Shown piece after piece: positions 1 to 9,191 of a DNA stretch of 64,000 nucleotides (positions are counted from its first letter, which is position 1; each line of letters starts with the position of its first letter). The notes under the pieces were generated by a model. The model saw nothing but the letters and a program-made list of their open reading frames with translations. It was not told the origin of the DNA and did no database searches. The stretch is taken from the IMG/VR virus record IMGVR_UViG_3300042540_001822, positions 155,476 through 219,475 of that record. The stretch is one strand, 5' to 3'. The position numbers and the translations under genes are program-made.

Positions 1-173
1 CTTATTTTTTTCTTTGAATTTATAATTTCAACTGCCATATAGGATGAACTTCTTCCCTTCCATGACCCAACTTCGACAAAATGAGATCCATCTACAAAAT
101 GTGAAACCATTTGAGAATAAAAATCCGGATATGTAAACCAGTTTTCTCCTAGATTTTGATAAAAATGATCCAT
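1..173 (-). CDS. Class I SAM-dependent methyltransferase (Methyltransf_24-like), runs off window edge
   Basis: Manual translation MDHFYQNLGENWFTYPDFYSQMVSHFVDGSHFVEVGSWKGRSSSYMA; VEVGSWKGRS is SAM-binding motif I. Confidence 0.75.
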   Translation of the reverse strand, partial: MDHFYQNLGENWFTYPDFYSQMVSHFVDGSHFVEVGSWKGRSSSYMAVEIINSKKKI

Positions 174-175
174 TG

Positions 176-1711
176 TTATACGTTGGCCATTAAGGTGACT
201 TTCAAACCTTTTGAAGGATGAATAAGATAACCGTGTAATGCCCGTGTAGATCCTTCATATCCATGGTTGTGGTGCCATCGATCTGATCCAGAAAGACTAG
301 GCATTTGAAATACCTTTACTCCCTTATAATCTTTTACCATTTCGTGGTGGAGGTGTCCAGTAAAAAAGCTTCTGTGTTTAGTTCTGGCCCAAGCTTCTTG
401 CGCTTCGTTGGCCATAAGATAAGGAAGTTCTTGGAGTTTGGTTCCGTCTCCGTGTGTGAAGCCCAGCAGATTCTCCCCGTACTCAAAATACTGTCTGAAT
501 TTGTGGCACCGAATAACATTCACGTCCGAGCAGTTCCGATAATATGCACCCAGATATTGTAAGAGCACGTGTGAAAGTTTGAAATCGTGATTACCTGCGG
601 TCAGAAGAATTTCAACAGGAGCTATCTGTCTTAGTGTGTCAATAAATTCAACCATGAGCTGCTGACCTTCCACCATAATTTGGATGAATGTTCCGTCACA
701 ATCTTGAGGAGTACCTTTGGTGGTAGTACCACCTAAAGTATCAACATGGAAAAAATCAGATCCTACTGGAACTACAATTTTTTCCACATTGTAATGAACC
801 ACATCAGCTAAAATTTCTGCAGTCTTTGTCATTAACAGATCTTTCGCCATTTGCCTGCTATATGCTTCTCTGACTTCCCCAGACCAAGAATATTTTCCGT
901 AGTGAAGATCGAAGGGAGAAATTACCAAAGAATGAGGATCTCCATCGGGCAATTTCAATTTGGGTACCTCATACTGGGCAAAAACCTGGGAAAGTTTTTC
1001 AACTAAAGGGTTAATGATCAGTCCTCTAAATGCCCACCAATTGCTGGCCGCTTCTTTAATCATTTTTTCCTCTTCCCTAGTATATTTTTGAAAGAAAGAA
1101 AATTTTCTTTTTTGTAAAGCATCCGCCACCATTTCCTCCTCTTCTCTCATGAACATTTCCTCGTCGGTGAAAGGCTCAGAATCGTGGGTCCATCCCAGAA
1201 TTGTCTTCAAAGCGACAAAGATGTTTCGAGGGATTTCAAAATTGCGGCAAATTTCGTTGATTGTCTCGGGTGATCCTGTTAAAGCAGAATATCTGCTTTT
1301 CATATCACGGATGATTGTACCTGTAAATTTGTAAGCTTTATTTTTGATGTAGACTATGTATAGATCTTTGGTCTCGTCATAGTAATAATCCGTGCTGTGT
1401 TTGTACTTTTTAAAAGCAGATCTAGCAGCAGATTCTTCCTCCTGGATCATTTGGTCCAAATCTTCATCGGTCACCTCCTCAGTTTTAAATTTTTCCTGGA
1501 TGTGTTCCGTCACTTCCGATTCAGAATCAGGTTCGGCCAAACGGGAAGAAATTGCTCGACGAAACGAATCCAATTGGGAAGAGCCTAAAGTTATGTTCTT
1601 GTCCTCGACAATTTTTTTTGCAATCTCCGTTTTGCTGAGACCAGATTGGTGCAACTGTCTAATTTCTTCTTCATACTTTAAAACTAAATCTCTAAGGGAA
1701 AATGAACTCAT
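176..1711 (-). CDS. Calcineurin-like metallophosphoesterase with N-terminal helical/HTH region
   Basis: DLHYG, GSDFFH, GNHD, HGD, GHLHH motifs in canonical order. Confidence 0.8.
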   Translation of the reverse strand: MSSFSLRDLVLKYEEEIRQLHQSGLSKTEIAKKIVEDKNITLGSSQLDSFRRAISSRLAEPDSESEVTEHIQEKFKTEEVTDEDLDQMIQEEESAARSAFKKYKHSTDYYYDETKDLYIVYIKNKAYKFTGTIIRDMKSRYSALTGSPETINEICRNFEIPRNIFVALKTILGWTHDSEPFTDEEMFMREEEEMVADALQKRKFSFFQKYTREEEKMIKEAASNWWAFRGLIINPLVEKLSQVFAQYEVPKLKLPDGDPHSLVISPFDLHYGKYSWSGEVREAYSRQMAKDLLMTKTAEILADVVHYNVEKIVVPVGSDFFHVDTLGGTTTKGTPQDCDGTFIQIMVEGQQLMVEFIDTLRQIAPVEILLTAGNHDFKLSHVLLQYLGAYYRNCSDVNVIRCHKFRQYFEYGENLLGFTHGDGTKLQELPYLMANEAQEAWARTKHRSFFTGHLHHEMVKDYKGVKVFQMPSLSGSDRWHHNHGYEGSTRALHGYLIHPSKGLKVTLMANV

Positions 1712-1747
1712 ATTGGGTTTGAATTTTATACCGAAACGGATTTTGCT

Positions 1748-1775
1748 ATATACTTTAGAAGTGTTGAAAAATTTC
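1748..1775 (-). promoter_or_regulatory. Putative class II (GAAA..NTATA) promoter
   Basis: GAAATTTTT-N13-GTATAT upstream of phosphoesterase. Confidence 0.45.
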
Positions 1776-1794
1776 GAATTCTAAAAAATTAATT

Positions 1795-2055
1795 TTAAGA
1801 TTCTAAATTTTTTTGTTCTACGGATTTTACAATCGATTCGATAAGGAGGTCTTTTTCTAATTTCGAAAAGAAATCAGTTACGTATTTACATTTCTCATAT
1901 TCTTCCGTCGATTCGTAATAAATCAACAAGGAAGTTTTAATGACATCTCTTCTTTGTATAAGATGAGGATGCATTAATGCACGAGATCCCATTTTCTCCA
2001 TTCTTTGGAGAGCGCTCTCATAAATATTCCGATCCAGTTTTGGTTCGTTTTGCAA
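1795..2055 (-). CDS. Small protein with UVR (UvrB/C)-like EEYEKC motif
   Basis: YYESTEEYEKCKYV; helical 86 aa. Confidence 0.55.
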   Translation of the reverse strand: MQNEPKLDRNIYESALQRMEKMGSRALMHPHLIQRRDVIKTSLLIYYESTEEYEKCKYVTDFFSKLEKDLLIESIVKSVEQKNLES

Positions 2056-2064
2056 TTTATTTTT

Positions 2065-2268
2065 TTATTTTGAGTTGTTTCTCGGATCTTTTTTTTTGGT
2101 TAAAATCCTGTATAATTCTTCACACTTTTCATATTCTTCAAAAGATTCCAAAATTTTTAAACAAGATTCACTTTGTGTCCAAAGAGAACTTCTTTCTCCA
2201 TATTTTACCAGCTCCGAGTAAATTTGAAGTGCCCAATTAAGATCTTCGATTGATTTGGGGTTAGACAT
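2065..2268 (-). CDS. Small protein with UVR-like EEYEKC motif
   Basis: ILESFEEYEKCEEL; GAATATATAA upstream at 2289-2298. Confidence 0.55.
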   Translation of the reverse strand: MSNPKSIEDLNWALQIYSELVKYGERSSLWTQSESCLKILESFEEYEKCEELYRILTKKKDPRNNSK

Positions 2269-2313
2269 AAGTGAATCTGTAAATTCACTTATATATTCAT
2301 AACAACAGATAAA

Positions 2314-2538
2314 TCAGTTTAAAAATTGAAAAGAATCAGCAGGTTTTTGGAATGGTAAACCAAATTCCCCAGGTGCGTTATATTCAACCTGTAGAAGAGA
2401 TTCATTTTGTTTGTTTTTATATACGTTCAAAACCTTGACAGTTTTTTTTGTAGAAGATTCTCTCAGTATATCTCCTTTTTCTACTCTCATTCCATGTACG
2501 TATGTAGAGCTGGCTAATTTGTAGTCTTTAAGTTCCAT
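2314..2538 (-). CDS. Hypothetical protein
   Basis: ORF; start moved to MELKDY to reduce overlap. Confidence 0.45.
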   Translation of the reverse strand: MELKDYKLASSTYVHGMRVEKGDILRESSTKKTVKVLNVYKNKQNESLLQVEYNAPGEFGLPFQKPADSFQFLN

Positions 2539-2822
2539 TTTTTTAATTTTTGTATTTGTTTTTTTACTTCTGCACAAATTTCATACCGTTCCAATTCTTC
2601 ACACCAAAGAAGAAAATTTTTGAGAAAAAGATCAAAATTTTGTCTTTCGATGATAATGGAATACCCTTCTCCACCGACCTCTTGATCGTCTATTTGAAAA
2701 ATGATTGTGTAATCCTGTTTTTTTGTGATGGCTTTTGAAACCTGTGCATAGATGATGGACCAGAATTTATCCTTCTCCTCGAAAGAAAGATCGTCACTGA
2801 ACGAAAAATTTGAGTTTTTCAC
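2514..2822 (-). CDS. Hypothetical protein with C-terminal UVR-like motif
   Basis: WCEELERYEICAEV. Confidence 0.55.
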   Translation of the reverse strand: MKNSNFSFSDDLSFEEKDKFWSIIYAQVSKAITKKQDYTIIFQIDDQEVGGEGYSIIIERQNFDLFLKNFLLWCEELERYEICAEVKKQIQKLKKWNLKTTN

Positions 2823-2832
2823 TATTCAAATT

Positions 2833-3894
2833 TTATTTCGGGAGAATTGAATTTATAACACCAGAAAGATAATTGGTGATTTTATAAGGATCTGCATTTG
2901 AACCTGGCCTCCTGTCTTCTAGATATCCTTTCCATGTTTGAGAGGTAGACAATGGAATTCTAATAGAAGCACCTCTGTCGCTAACTCCCCAGCTGAATTT
3001 ATCAATGCTTTGGGTCTCATGCTTGCCTGTCAATCTCATTCGATTGTCAGAGCCGTAAAGAGAAATGGCGGTTTCGTGAGTTTTACCCAATTCCTCACAA
3101 ATTTGTTCGAAGTATTCTTTGCCTCCAGATTCTCTCATTTCGAAGGTTGAGAAATTGGTGTGCATGCCAGAGCCATTCCAGTCCTCATGCTCGCCCATGG
3201 GCTTTGGATGAAAATCAACTTTTATTTTATATGACTCTGCAATTCGAACCAGAAGAAATCTTGAAATCCATAGGTCGTCTGCCGCTGCCTTTTCTCCTTG
3301 ACCAAAAATTTGGTATTCCCATTGGCCTAACATTACTTCTGCATTAGTTCCAGTGATGTTGATTCCACAAGACAAACAAGCTTCTAGATGTTGTTCCGAA
3401 ATTTCTCTTCCTGCAGAATATGGGTGTCCAATTGAACAATAATATTTACCTTGTTCTTCCGGTACACGGAAATTTTCGAATCCTACAGGAAGAGTTTTGT
3501 CTTTATTAAACCATCGAAGAACATATTCTTGTTCGAAGCCGAACCAAGTGTTGAAATCCTCATCGTTTATTTTAGCTCTAAAATTCGAGGTGTGTGGGGA
3601 ATAATCTGAATTTAAAACTTCACATAACACAATGAATGAAAATCCACCTTTGAGAGGGTCCGCATACATTTTCACGGGTTTTAAAATACAATCTGAAAGT
3701 TTTCCATCCGCTTGTCTAGTAGAACTACCGTCAAAATTCCATTCTGGTATTTTCGAAAAGTGATTTCTTGCCCAGTGCATCGGAGAAAATGAACTTTCCC
3801 CTTCAAAGGGAACATCCAACACTTTAATTTTCGATCTTAGATTCGGCTCTGGTTCATATCCATCCAACCAGACATATTCCAATTTTATTTTCAT
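2833..3894 (-). CDS. glnII: Glutamine synthetase type II
   Basis: LEYVWLDG, WNFDGSST, GFEQEY, NAEVMLGQWEYQI, DWNGSGMHTNFS, RLTGKHET, RGASIRIP, EDRRP; 353 aa. Confidence 0.95.
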   Translation of the reverse strand: MKIKLEYVWLDGYEPEPNLRSKIKVLDVPFEGESSFSPMHWARNHFSKIPEWNFDGSSTRQADGKLSDCILKPVKMYADPLKGGFSFIVLCEVLNSDYSPHTSNFRAKINDEDFNTWFGFEQEYVLRWFNKDKTLPVGFENFRVPEEQGKYYCSIGHPYSAGREISEQHLEACLSCGINITGTNAEVMLGQWEYQIFGQGEKAAADDLWISRFLLVRIAESYKIKVDFHPKPMGEHEDWNGSGMHTNFSTFEMRESGGKEYFEQICEELGKTHETAISLYGSDNRMRLTGKHETQSIDKFSWGVSDRGASIRIPLSTSQTWKGYLEDRRPGSNADPYKITNYLSGVINSILPK

Positions 3895-3919
3895 ATGGGA
3901 ATTTTAATTTTGATGTTGT

Positions 3920-3947
3920 TTATACATCAAATTTTAAAAAAATTTCC
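3920..3947 (-). promoter_or_regulatory. Putative class II promoter
   Basis: GGAAATTTTTTT-N10-GTATAA upstream of glnII. Confidence 0.45.
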
Positions 3948-3962
3948 AATACAGAAATGAAA

Positions 3963-4139
3963 TTATTTAGATTGAAATCCAGTAAATGTTTTCTTGAAAT
4001 CTTCGAATCCCATCAACTTTCCTACAGTTGAATGTTTCAAACCTAAGGAACCTTGCTTTGTTCCAAAAATCTTTTGGTCGTACCACTTAATGAAATTATC
4101 TGGCGTGGTGTATTTTGCTTGTGGGGTAACTGTTTTCAT
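3963..4139 (-). CDS. Small hypothetical protein (58 aa, not in ORF track)
   Basis: MKTVTPQAKYTTPDNFIKWYDQKIFGTKQGSLGLKHSTVGKLMGFEDFKKTFTGFQSK; fills intergenic gap; carries FEDF motif. Confidence 0.55.
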   Translation of the reverse strand: MKTVTPQAKYTTPDNFIKWYDQKIFGTKQGSLGLKHSTVGKLMGFEDFKKTFTGFQSK

Positions 4140-4142
4140 AAT

Positions 4143-4538
4143 TTAGGGGGTTTCCGATAGGAAAAATATTTTTGCCAGAATTCCAACCAGGGATGTAAAG
4201 AAAATCCAAAGAGCCTTGTTGACTCCAGATTTCCACTTTACTAAATCAGAGTGTTCTAAAACCATCTTTTGGTAGGCAGCATCCTCTCTTTCTTGCTTTC
4301 TTTCGAATTCTGCACGAAATCTGGTATTTTCGTTTACTTTTACGATAACACCATCGTCTGGATCTAACAATTTGCGTTTAATGTCTGATAACTCTCTTTT
4401 CATTTCGGCTTGAGAGTTTTTAAGATCCTCCATAGCCATCTGAATAATTCTAAGATCGCTAGAAGGAATTCCTCTCATGTTAGAAAGTTCTTCGTGAAGA
4501 ATTGCACGGATAGTTTCGGCGAGTGGGGTAGGTTCCAT
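4143..4538 (-). CDS. Coiled-coil protein with C-terminal transmembrane helix (possible holin-like)
   Basis: C-terminal ALWIFFTSLVGILAKIFF; heptad-like core. Confidence 0.5.
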   Translation of the reverse strand: MEPTPLAETIRAILHEELSNMRGIPSSDLRIIQMAMEDLKNSQAEMKRELSDIKRKLLDPDDGVIVKVNENTRFRAEFERKQEREDAAYQKMVLEHSDLVKWKSGVNKALWIFFTSLVGILAKIFFLSETP

Positions 4539-4546
4539 GGTTGGAT

Positions 4547-4554
4547 TATATATC
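4547..4554 (-). promoter_or_regulatory. GATATATA late-promoter-like motif
   Basis: Exact motif just upstream of start 4538. Confidence 0.55.
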
Positions 4555-4573
4555 CAACATAAACCTGAAATTT

Positions 4574-4777
4574 TTAGGAATTAGATTCCCAGCATACACT
4601 TGTTTCGGAGGCAATAATGAAAGAATCCACAGTTTCTGGATCGGTATCTATCACGAACATCCCATAATATTCACCGTTTAAAATTTTCGATTCAATTATA
4701 AGAGATTCGTGCATATTAATTAGGGTGCAAACTTCCAAATGTGATTTTGCACTTTTTGTTTTAATTGTTGTTATCAT
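4574..4777 (-). CDS. Hypothetical protein
   Basis: ORF with ATGA overlap to upstream gene. Confidence 0.5.
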   Translation of the reverse strand: MITTIKTKSAKSHLEVCTLINMHESLIIESKILNGEYYGMFVIDTDPETVDSFIIASETSVCWESNS

Positions 4778-5049
4778 GATTCATCAATCTTTAAAATTAT
4801 ATTGTTGACTCTTGGAGAATCTACTATGAAAAATTTGCTTTTATCAACTTCTTCAATTATAAATTCTGTGGGATTTATACTTCCTCTCAACCAATATTTG
4901 GTTTTTCCAATTTTGAATTCGGTATCCAAATGATCTGGGGTTAACTTTGAAAGTCTTATCCATTTGCTTTGATTTCTGATAAACTGGGTTCGATAGTATT
5001 CCAACAAAGAATCCGTTGGTTTTTTTATTTCTCTAAAAATTTGGGCCAT
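4774..5049 (-). CDS. Hypothetical protein
   Basis: Start moved to MAQIFREIKK, just downstream of promoter motif at 5070-5098. Confidence 0.5.
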   Translation of the reverse strand: MAQIFREIKKPTDSLLEYYRTQFIRNQSKWIRLSKLTPDHLDTEFKIGKTKYWLRGSINPTEFIIEEVDKSKFFIVDSPRVNNIILKIDES

Positions 5050-5069
5050 TAATTTGTTTTTTCCTTGAG

Positions 5070-5098
5070 TTATACAACCAATTGGAAAAATAATTTCC
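5070..5098 (-). promoter_or_regulatory. Putative class II promoter
   Basis: GGAAATTATTTTT-N10-GTATAA. Confidence 0.45.
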
Positions 5099-5120
5099 CC
5101 GGTTGAATTTGAATTTTTAC

Positions 5121-5864
5121 TTACGATTGTTGTGGTGTTTGCATTTGTAATCTCAAACTTGTTAGATCGTCCATAATAGGACCAAGAATGAAAAATTCCT
5201 TTGACTCTTTTCCCATCTCGCAAACTCCAGGTTGGCAGTACCAATAAATGTTATAGTGAAAATGATTGTGATCCCCCGAAGACATTCTCTTCGATCCATT
5301 GACCTCGTTGGTCCAAGGATCCTCTCCATCGACCAGATGTTTTAAAAGATAATTTCTATCCCAAATGGTGGCATTGTGGGAGTGTAAATAATTTTCTCCA
5401 TCCGAGTACTTTAGAATTTGTTTTTTGTTTATTTCAAATGGGGTTGGCTCCAATTTATAGGATTCATAGTAGTGCAATTTGGTGTGGATTTTGATTGAGT
5501 TTGCATTGTGTAACTCAACAAAAGAAACCAATTCTTCTAAAACTTCATCCCCGGGATATGAAAAAGGCCACATATCTTCTTGGATGTAAATTACCCACTT
5601 AGAAGGAATACGTTCTAATGCCAATCTCATCCTGGTAGAAAAACCATTTTTGTCTGTCAACCCTGTTAAAATTGGTGTAATACCGGGATTCACGGTATAT
5701 GGAAGATTACGACAAGACAAATTGATGTCATGTACATTTTTTTCCTCTGAAGCCCAATAGACCGGTACCTTTTCAAAATTCCAATTGAAGTCAAGACCAT
5801 AAAGCATACCAAACCAATATTGTTGGTATGAATCACAGGTGTGAACGAGCAAAGAAAGATCCAT
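5121..5864 (-). CDS. Putative glycosyltransferase (GT-A-like)
   Basis: LLVHTCDSY start, YIQEDMW acidic motif, HNATIWDR; glyco-island context. Confidence 0.55.
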   Translation of the reverse strand: MDLSLLVHTCDSYQQYWFGMLYGLDFNWNFEKVPVYWASEEKNVHDINLSCRNLPYTVNPGITPILTGLTDKNGFSTRMRLALERIPSKWVIYIQEDMWPFSYPGDEVLEELVSFVELHNANSIKIHTKLHYYESYKLEPTPFEINKKQILKYSDGENYLHSHNATIWDRNYLLKHLVDGEDPWTNEVNGSKRMSSGDHNHFHYNIYWYCQPGVCEMGKESKEFFILGPIMDDLTSLRLQMQTPQQS

Positions 5865-5865
5865 T

Positions 5866-6849
5866 TTAAAAATTTTGGAAATAATTCGATTTTTGAAGCT
5901 TTTCTAGATAATCTGTAATTTTAGAACACTCTGATTCTCTCTTTTCCCCGTGTAAAACTTTGATCGATCTTTTTTCTTCCGGAATTTTATAAAAGCATAA
6001 AGAAGGATCTGGATTTTCCTCGGTCATCCACGATGAAAATCCAGGTTGACCCTGTTCATAAAAATGTACGGTTGTCTCTAAACCATCTCTTAAATTAATG
6101 TAACACAAAGGCAAACCCTCGTTCGTTTTTTTCCAGGACAAAACATTGTAAATGGTTTCCTCGTGATAGGCAGCATAATAATTCAAATCTAAATTGAGTT
6201 TTGGTAACATAAAACAAAGCTCACGCCACATTTTCACAAAAGATAAACAATCTGGTGTGGCTAATATCACGTTAGTTGTTCTGTAGGTACCCCTCGAATC
6301 TGGAAACATCTGTAGAAATTGCATTAAAGGCCATTCTAAAGTTTTTGTGTGATCTGCCATGGGCCAACATCCTTCAAATGGATTACCTCTTTCTTTTCCA
6401 GATTCAATCATAATCATGTACTGATGTATGCCTTCTGAACAGAGAGGATAGTTCTTAACAAGCGGAATCCAATCGAACAACTCGTCAACAATAGGAGTTC
6501 CTAAACAATCTGAATCTAGATAGCAAACCTCTTCGACACCAGACTCCAAAGCTTTTTCGATGGCAACAGTTTTGGCACAAAGGATTTGATAAATTCTTGG
6601 GCTTTTTCTTTCGATATAAAAATTTCCATCTGATTGTGTTCCAAAATCTTCAGGTCTCAAAGAATCGATAGGTAAATCAATATGAATTAGATGAACTTCC
6701 GTAATATCTTCGAAAGGATTGACGTTTTCCCGACAATTTATTCCATAAATTAGAATAGGAATGTCGGAAAATTTACGAATAGATAAAGCCAGATTTCTAG
6801 CGACCTGAAAATAATTTTCAGTCACATGGGTAATGTATGCTCTTTTCAT
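5866..6849 (-). CDS. Putative nucleotide-diphospho-sugar transferase
   Basis: YLDSD DxD motif, HEETIYN, VLHGEK; start at MKRAYITH. Confidence 0.6.
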   Translation of the reverse strand: MKRAYITHVTENYFQVARNLALSIRKFSDIPILIYGINCRENVNPFEDITEVHLIHIDLPIDSLRPEDFGTQSDGNFYIERKSPRIYQILCAKTVAIEKALESGVEEVCYLDSDCLGTPIVDELFDWIPLVKNYPLCSEGIHQYMIMIESGKERGNPFEGCWPMADHTKTLEWPLMQFLQMFPDSRGTYRTTNVILATPDCLSFVKMWRELCFMLPKLNLDLNYYAAYHEETIYNVLSWKKTNEGLPLCYINLRDGLETTVHFYEQGQPGFSSWMTEENPDPSLCFYKIPEEKRSIKVLHGEKRESECSKITDYLEKLQKSNYFQNF

Positions 6850-6968
6850 AAGAACTCCCATCCTCCACCTGGAAATTTTTCTTCTTGGACTAAAACATTA
6901 AAATTTTTTAGTTGTTCATTAAAATAACAAATGTAATTAATGTACAGGTCTTGTAGTTTCATGGGTTA

Positions 6969-7700
6969 TTAATTAATTGATTTTATTTGATCAATGTTTC
7001 TTTTAGTATATCCTTCTTCTGGGACATTTACCAAAATCTTATTGATAAAAACCGACCTAAGGCTATTGCTTACCATATACTCACGAACACGCTCCCATAA
7101 ATCACAATCACTTGGTGATACATTTCCAGTTTCCTCGTAAACATCCCGAAATAAAAGGGGTATTTTCACAAAATTCATGCAAACTGTTTGTGTTAATAAA
7201 CGTGTGCAATGAGGGTAAATTTCGTGATAATCCTTGTCGCTCGGCAAACTATATAAAGGAAATTCCTGTCCATTTGTGAAATATCCTTTGGCAAAAACAA
7301 AGTCAGCCCCCGTTATCTTGATGCACCGATTAACTTCCTCTAAATAAGTTGGATAGTAAAAATCATCATGGTTCTGCAAACATATAAAACTATGACCATC
7401 TCTCTTTGCCAACTCAATACCAGTATTTATTGCATTTGCTCCGCCCGAACTCCAAAGCTTATCTCCATCTTCATATTTATCCCTCTCCTTGGCGTGAGGT
7501 AAATTTACAGCTTTGATTCTATGGTCGTAACTCTTGGCGATCTGGCCGAATTGTTCTTGGTCTGAGTATTTGTCACCAATCATGTAAACTTCAAAATCTT
7601 GGTGAGATTGAGCATAAATACTATCCAAAAGCCTGCGAATGTAAAATTCGCTTAGGCCATCGGGGCGTTGGTAAGTCGGAAATACTATTGGGAATGTCAT
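6969..7700 (-). CDS. Glycosyltransferase family 2
   Basis: IVFPTYQR, IGD, GANAINTG, NHDD; start could be GTG at 7742. Confidence 0.75.
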   Translation of the reverse strand: MTFPIVFPTYQRPDGLSEFYIRRLLDSIYAQSHQDFEVYMIGDKYSDQEQFGQIAKSYDHRIKAVNLPHAKERDKYEDGDKLWSSGGANAINTGIELAKRDGHSFICLQNHDDFYYPTYLEEVNRCIKITGADFVFAKGYFTNGQEFPLYSLPSDKDYHEIYPHCTRLLTQTVCMNFVKIPLLFRDVYEETGNVSPSDCDLWERVREYMVSNSLRSVFINKILVNVPEEGYTKRNIDQIKSIN

Positions 7701-7743
7701 ATCTTTATTTTTTAATAATCCGGAATCTAATGTTTGTTTCACA

Positions 7744-8529
7744 TTAATCTTGATTTTTTTTATAAAAACGTTTATTTTCTGGTTGATACCATTCATCTAA
7801 TGAAGCTGGGACTCTTGAATGGTAACCTAAAAATTGTTGCATTTCATAAGTAAACGAATTCATTCTTTCATATCCTAAAGCTCTAGGATAATCTAATAAT
7901 TGTTTCATAAATGATTTACTTATAGTAAAAGGAATAGCTCTTCTATTATTCTGGGTTTTATTAGGAGCTGAAGAATGCCACACATTAGAATTGAATATTA
8001 ATATATCTCCTCTTTTTCCTGTTGCTTGGTGGGCATTGTTAAAAAACTCTTCATCGGTTGGTTTTCTTTCTTCTAAATGGGAACCGGTAAGAAGATAAGT
8101 CCCGCCATTCTCAATAGTAAAATCATCTATCATAATTAAACAATTAAGCATTATAGGAAATTCTCCAGAATAAAATCTTAGATCACGATGTACTATGGAT
8201 GAAAAATTAGGTTGGTTAGGTAAATTATTTAAAGCACTAAATGAATTTAAAATACATTTACTATGGAAAAAATTATCTTGTAATGATTGAATAAACCCAT
8301 TTTTAAGTAAAGTTTGTAAAAATTCTATAAATACCGGACTACTTAATAAAACATGAAGGGCAACCCCCATTGAATTAATATCATTATTATTATATAATTG
8401 AATATTTCTATGTTCTAAAAATGCTTTATCTATTTCACTAGATAGTATATCTAACCATTTTTTAGTTATTTGATTACGAACAATTACATAACCTTTTTCT
8501 TTTAATTCTTGGGATTGCTGTATTATCAT
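7744..8529 (-). CDS. Phytanoyl-CoA dioxygenase-like 2OG-Fe(II) oxygenase
   Basis: HRD...WH facial triad, ENGGT..L.GSH, GDILIF. Confidence 0.85.
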   Translation of the reverse strand: MIIQQSQELKEKGYVIVRNQITKKWLDILSSEIDKAFLEHRNIQLYNNNDINSMGVALHVLLSSPVFIEFLQTLLKNGFIQSLQDNFFHSKCILNSFSALNNLPNQPNFSSIVHRDLRFYSGEFPIMLNCLIMIDDFTIENGGTYLLTGSHLEERKPTDEEFFNNAHQATGKRGDILIFNSNVWHSSAPNKTQNNRRAIPFTISKSFMKQLLDYPRALGYERMNSFTYEMQQFLGYHSRVPASLDEWYQPENKRFYKKNQD

Positions 8530-9191
8530 TTTAAAAATTTTTCTCCTTCAACTCTATTTTTAATTATTTTAGCAGGGTTGCCGTATGCTAGTACATTTGA
8601 TGGGATAGATTTAGTAACTAAACTACCTGAGCCTATTACTGTGTTTTCTCCTATTTCTAATCTATCCATTATAGTTACCCCTAATGTAATAGCCGAAAAT
8701 TTTCCAATTTTAACATATCCCCCTGTTAAGGATCCCGCAGATATACTAGCAAAATCTTCTATTTCATTATCATGTTCTACTTGTGCCCCTGTAGCAAAAA
8801 AAGTAAAATTACCTATTTTAGCTTTAGGATTAAAAATACATCCAGCCATTGCTACAATCCCTATTCCTAATTCAGTAGTATTTCCTATAATAACTGAGGG
8901 GTGAATAGCATTCACAAATTTAAAATTAGGTATTAATTCATGTATTTGATTATAAACATAATACCTACTCCAATTATCTCCTATAGAAATTACTCCCCCA
9001 TATATGTCATTTTGATTAATAATTTCTTTCAAATTTTCTTGACGACCTAAAATAGAATAACCAAATCTTTTACTTCCTATCTCATGGATTGAGTCAACAA
9101 TACCAATAATATTATATTTTTTTTCTTTTTCAATAATATCTATAGTATAATGAGCTTGGTTACCTCCTCCTATTAAAATTATATTTTTCAC
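8526..9191 (-). CDS. NeuD/PglD-like sugar acetyltransferase (hexapeptide repeat)
   Basis: IGGGNQA, IHPS, EHD, left-handed beta-helix repeats, GNPAK. Confidence 0.9.
   Translation of the reverse strand: MKNIILIGGGNQAHYTIDIIEKEKKYNIIGIVDSIHEIGSKRFGYSILGRQENLKEIINQNDIYGGVISIGDNWSRYYVYNQIHELIPNFKFVNAIHPSVIIGNTTELGIGIVAMAGCIFNPKAKIGNFTFFATGAQVEHDNEIEDFASISAGSLTGGYVKIGKFSAITLGVTIMDRLEIGENTVIGSGSLVTKSIPSNVLAYGNPAKIIKNRVEGEKFLK

Noticed and set aside
6846-6962. 38-aa ORF MKLQDLYINY...GGGWEFL
   Set aside because: Very short with no motif; only an ATGA overlap supports it, so not listed
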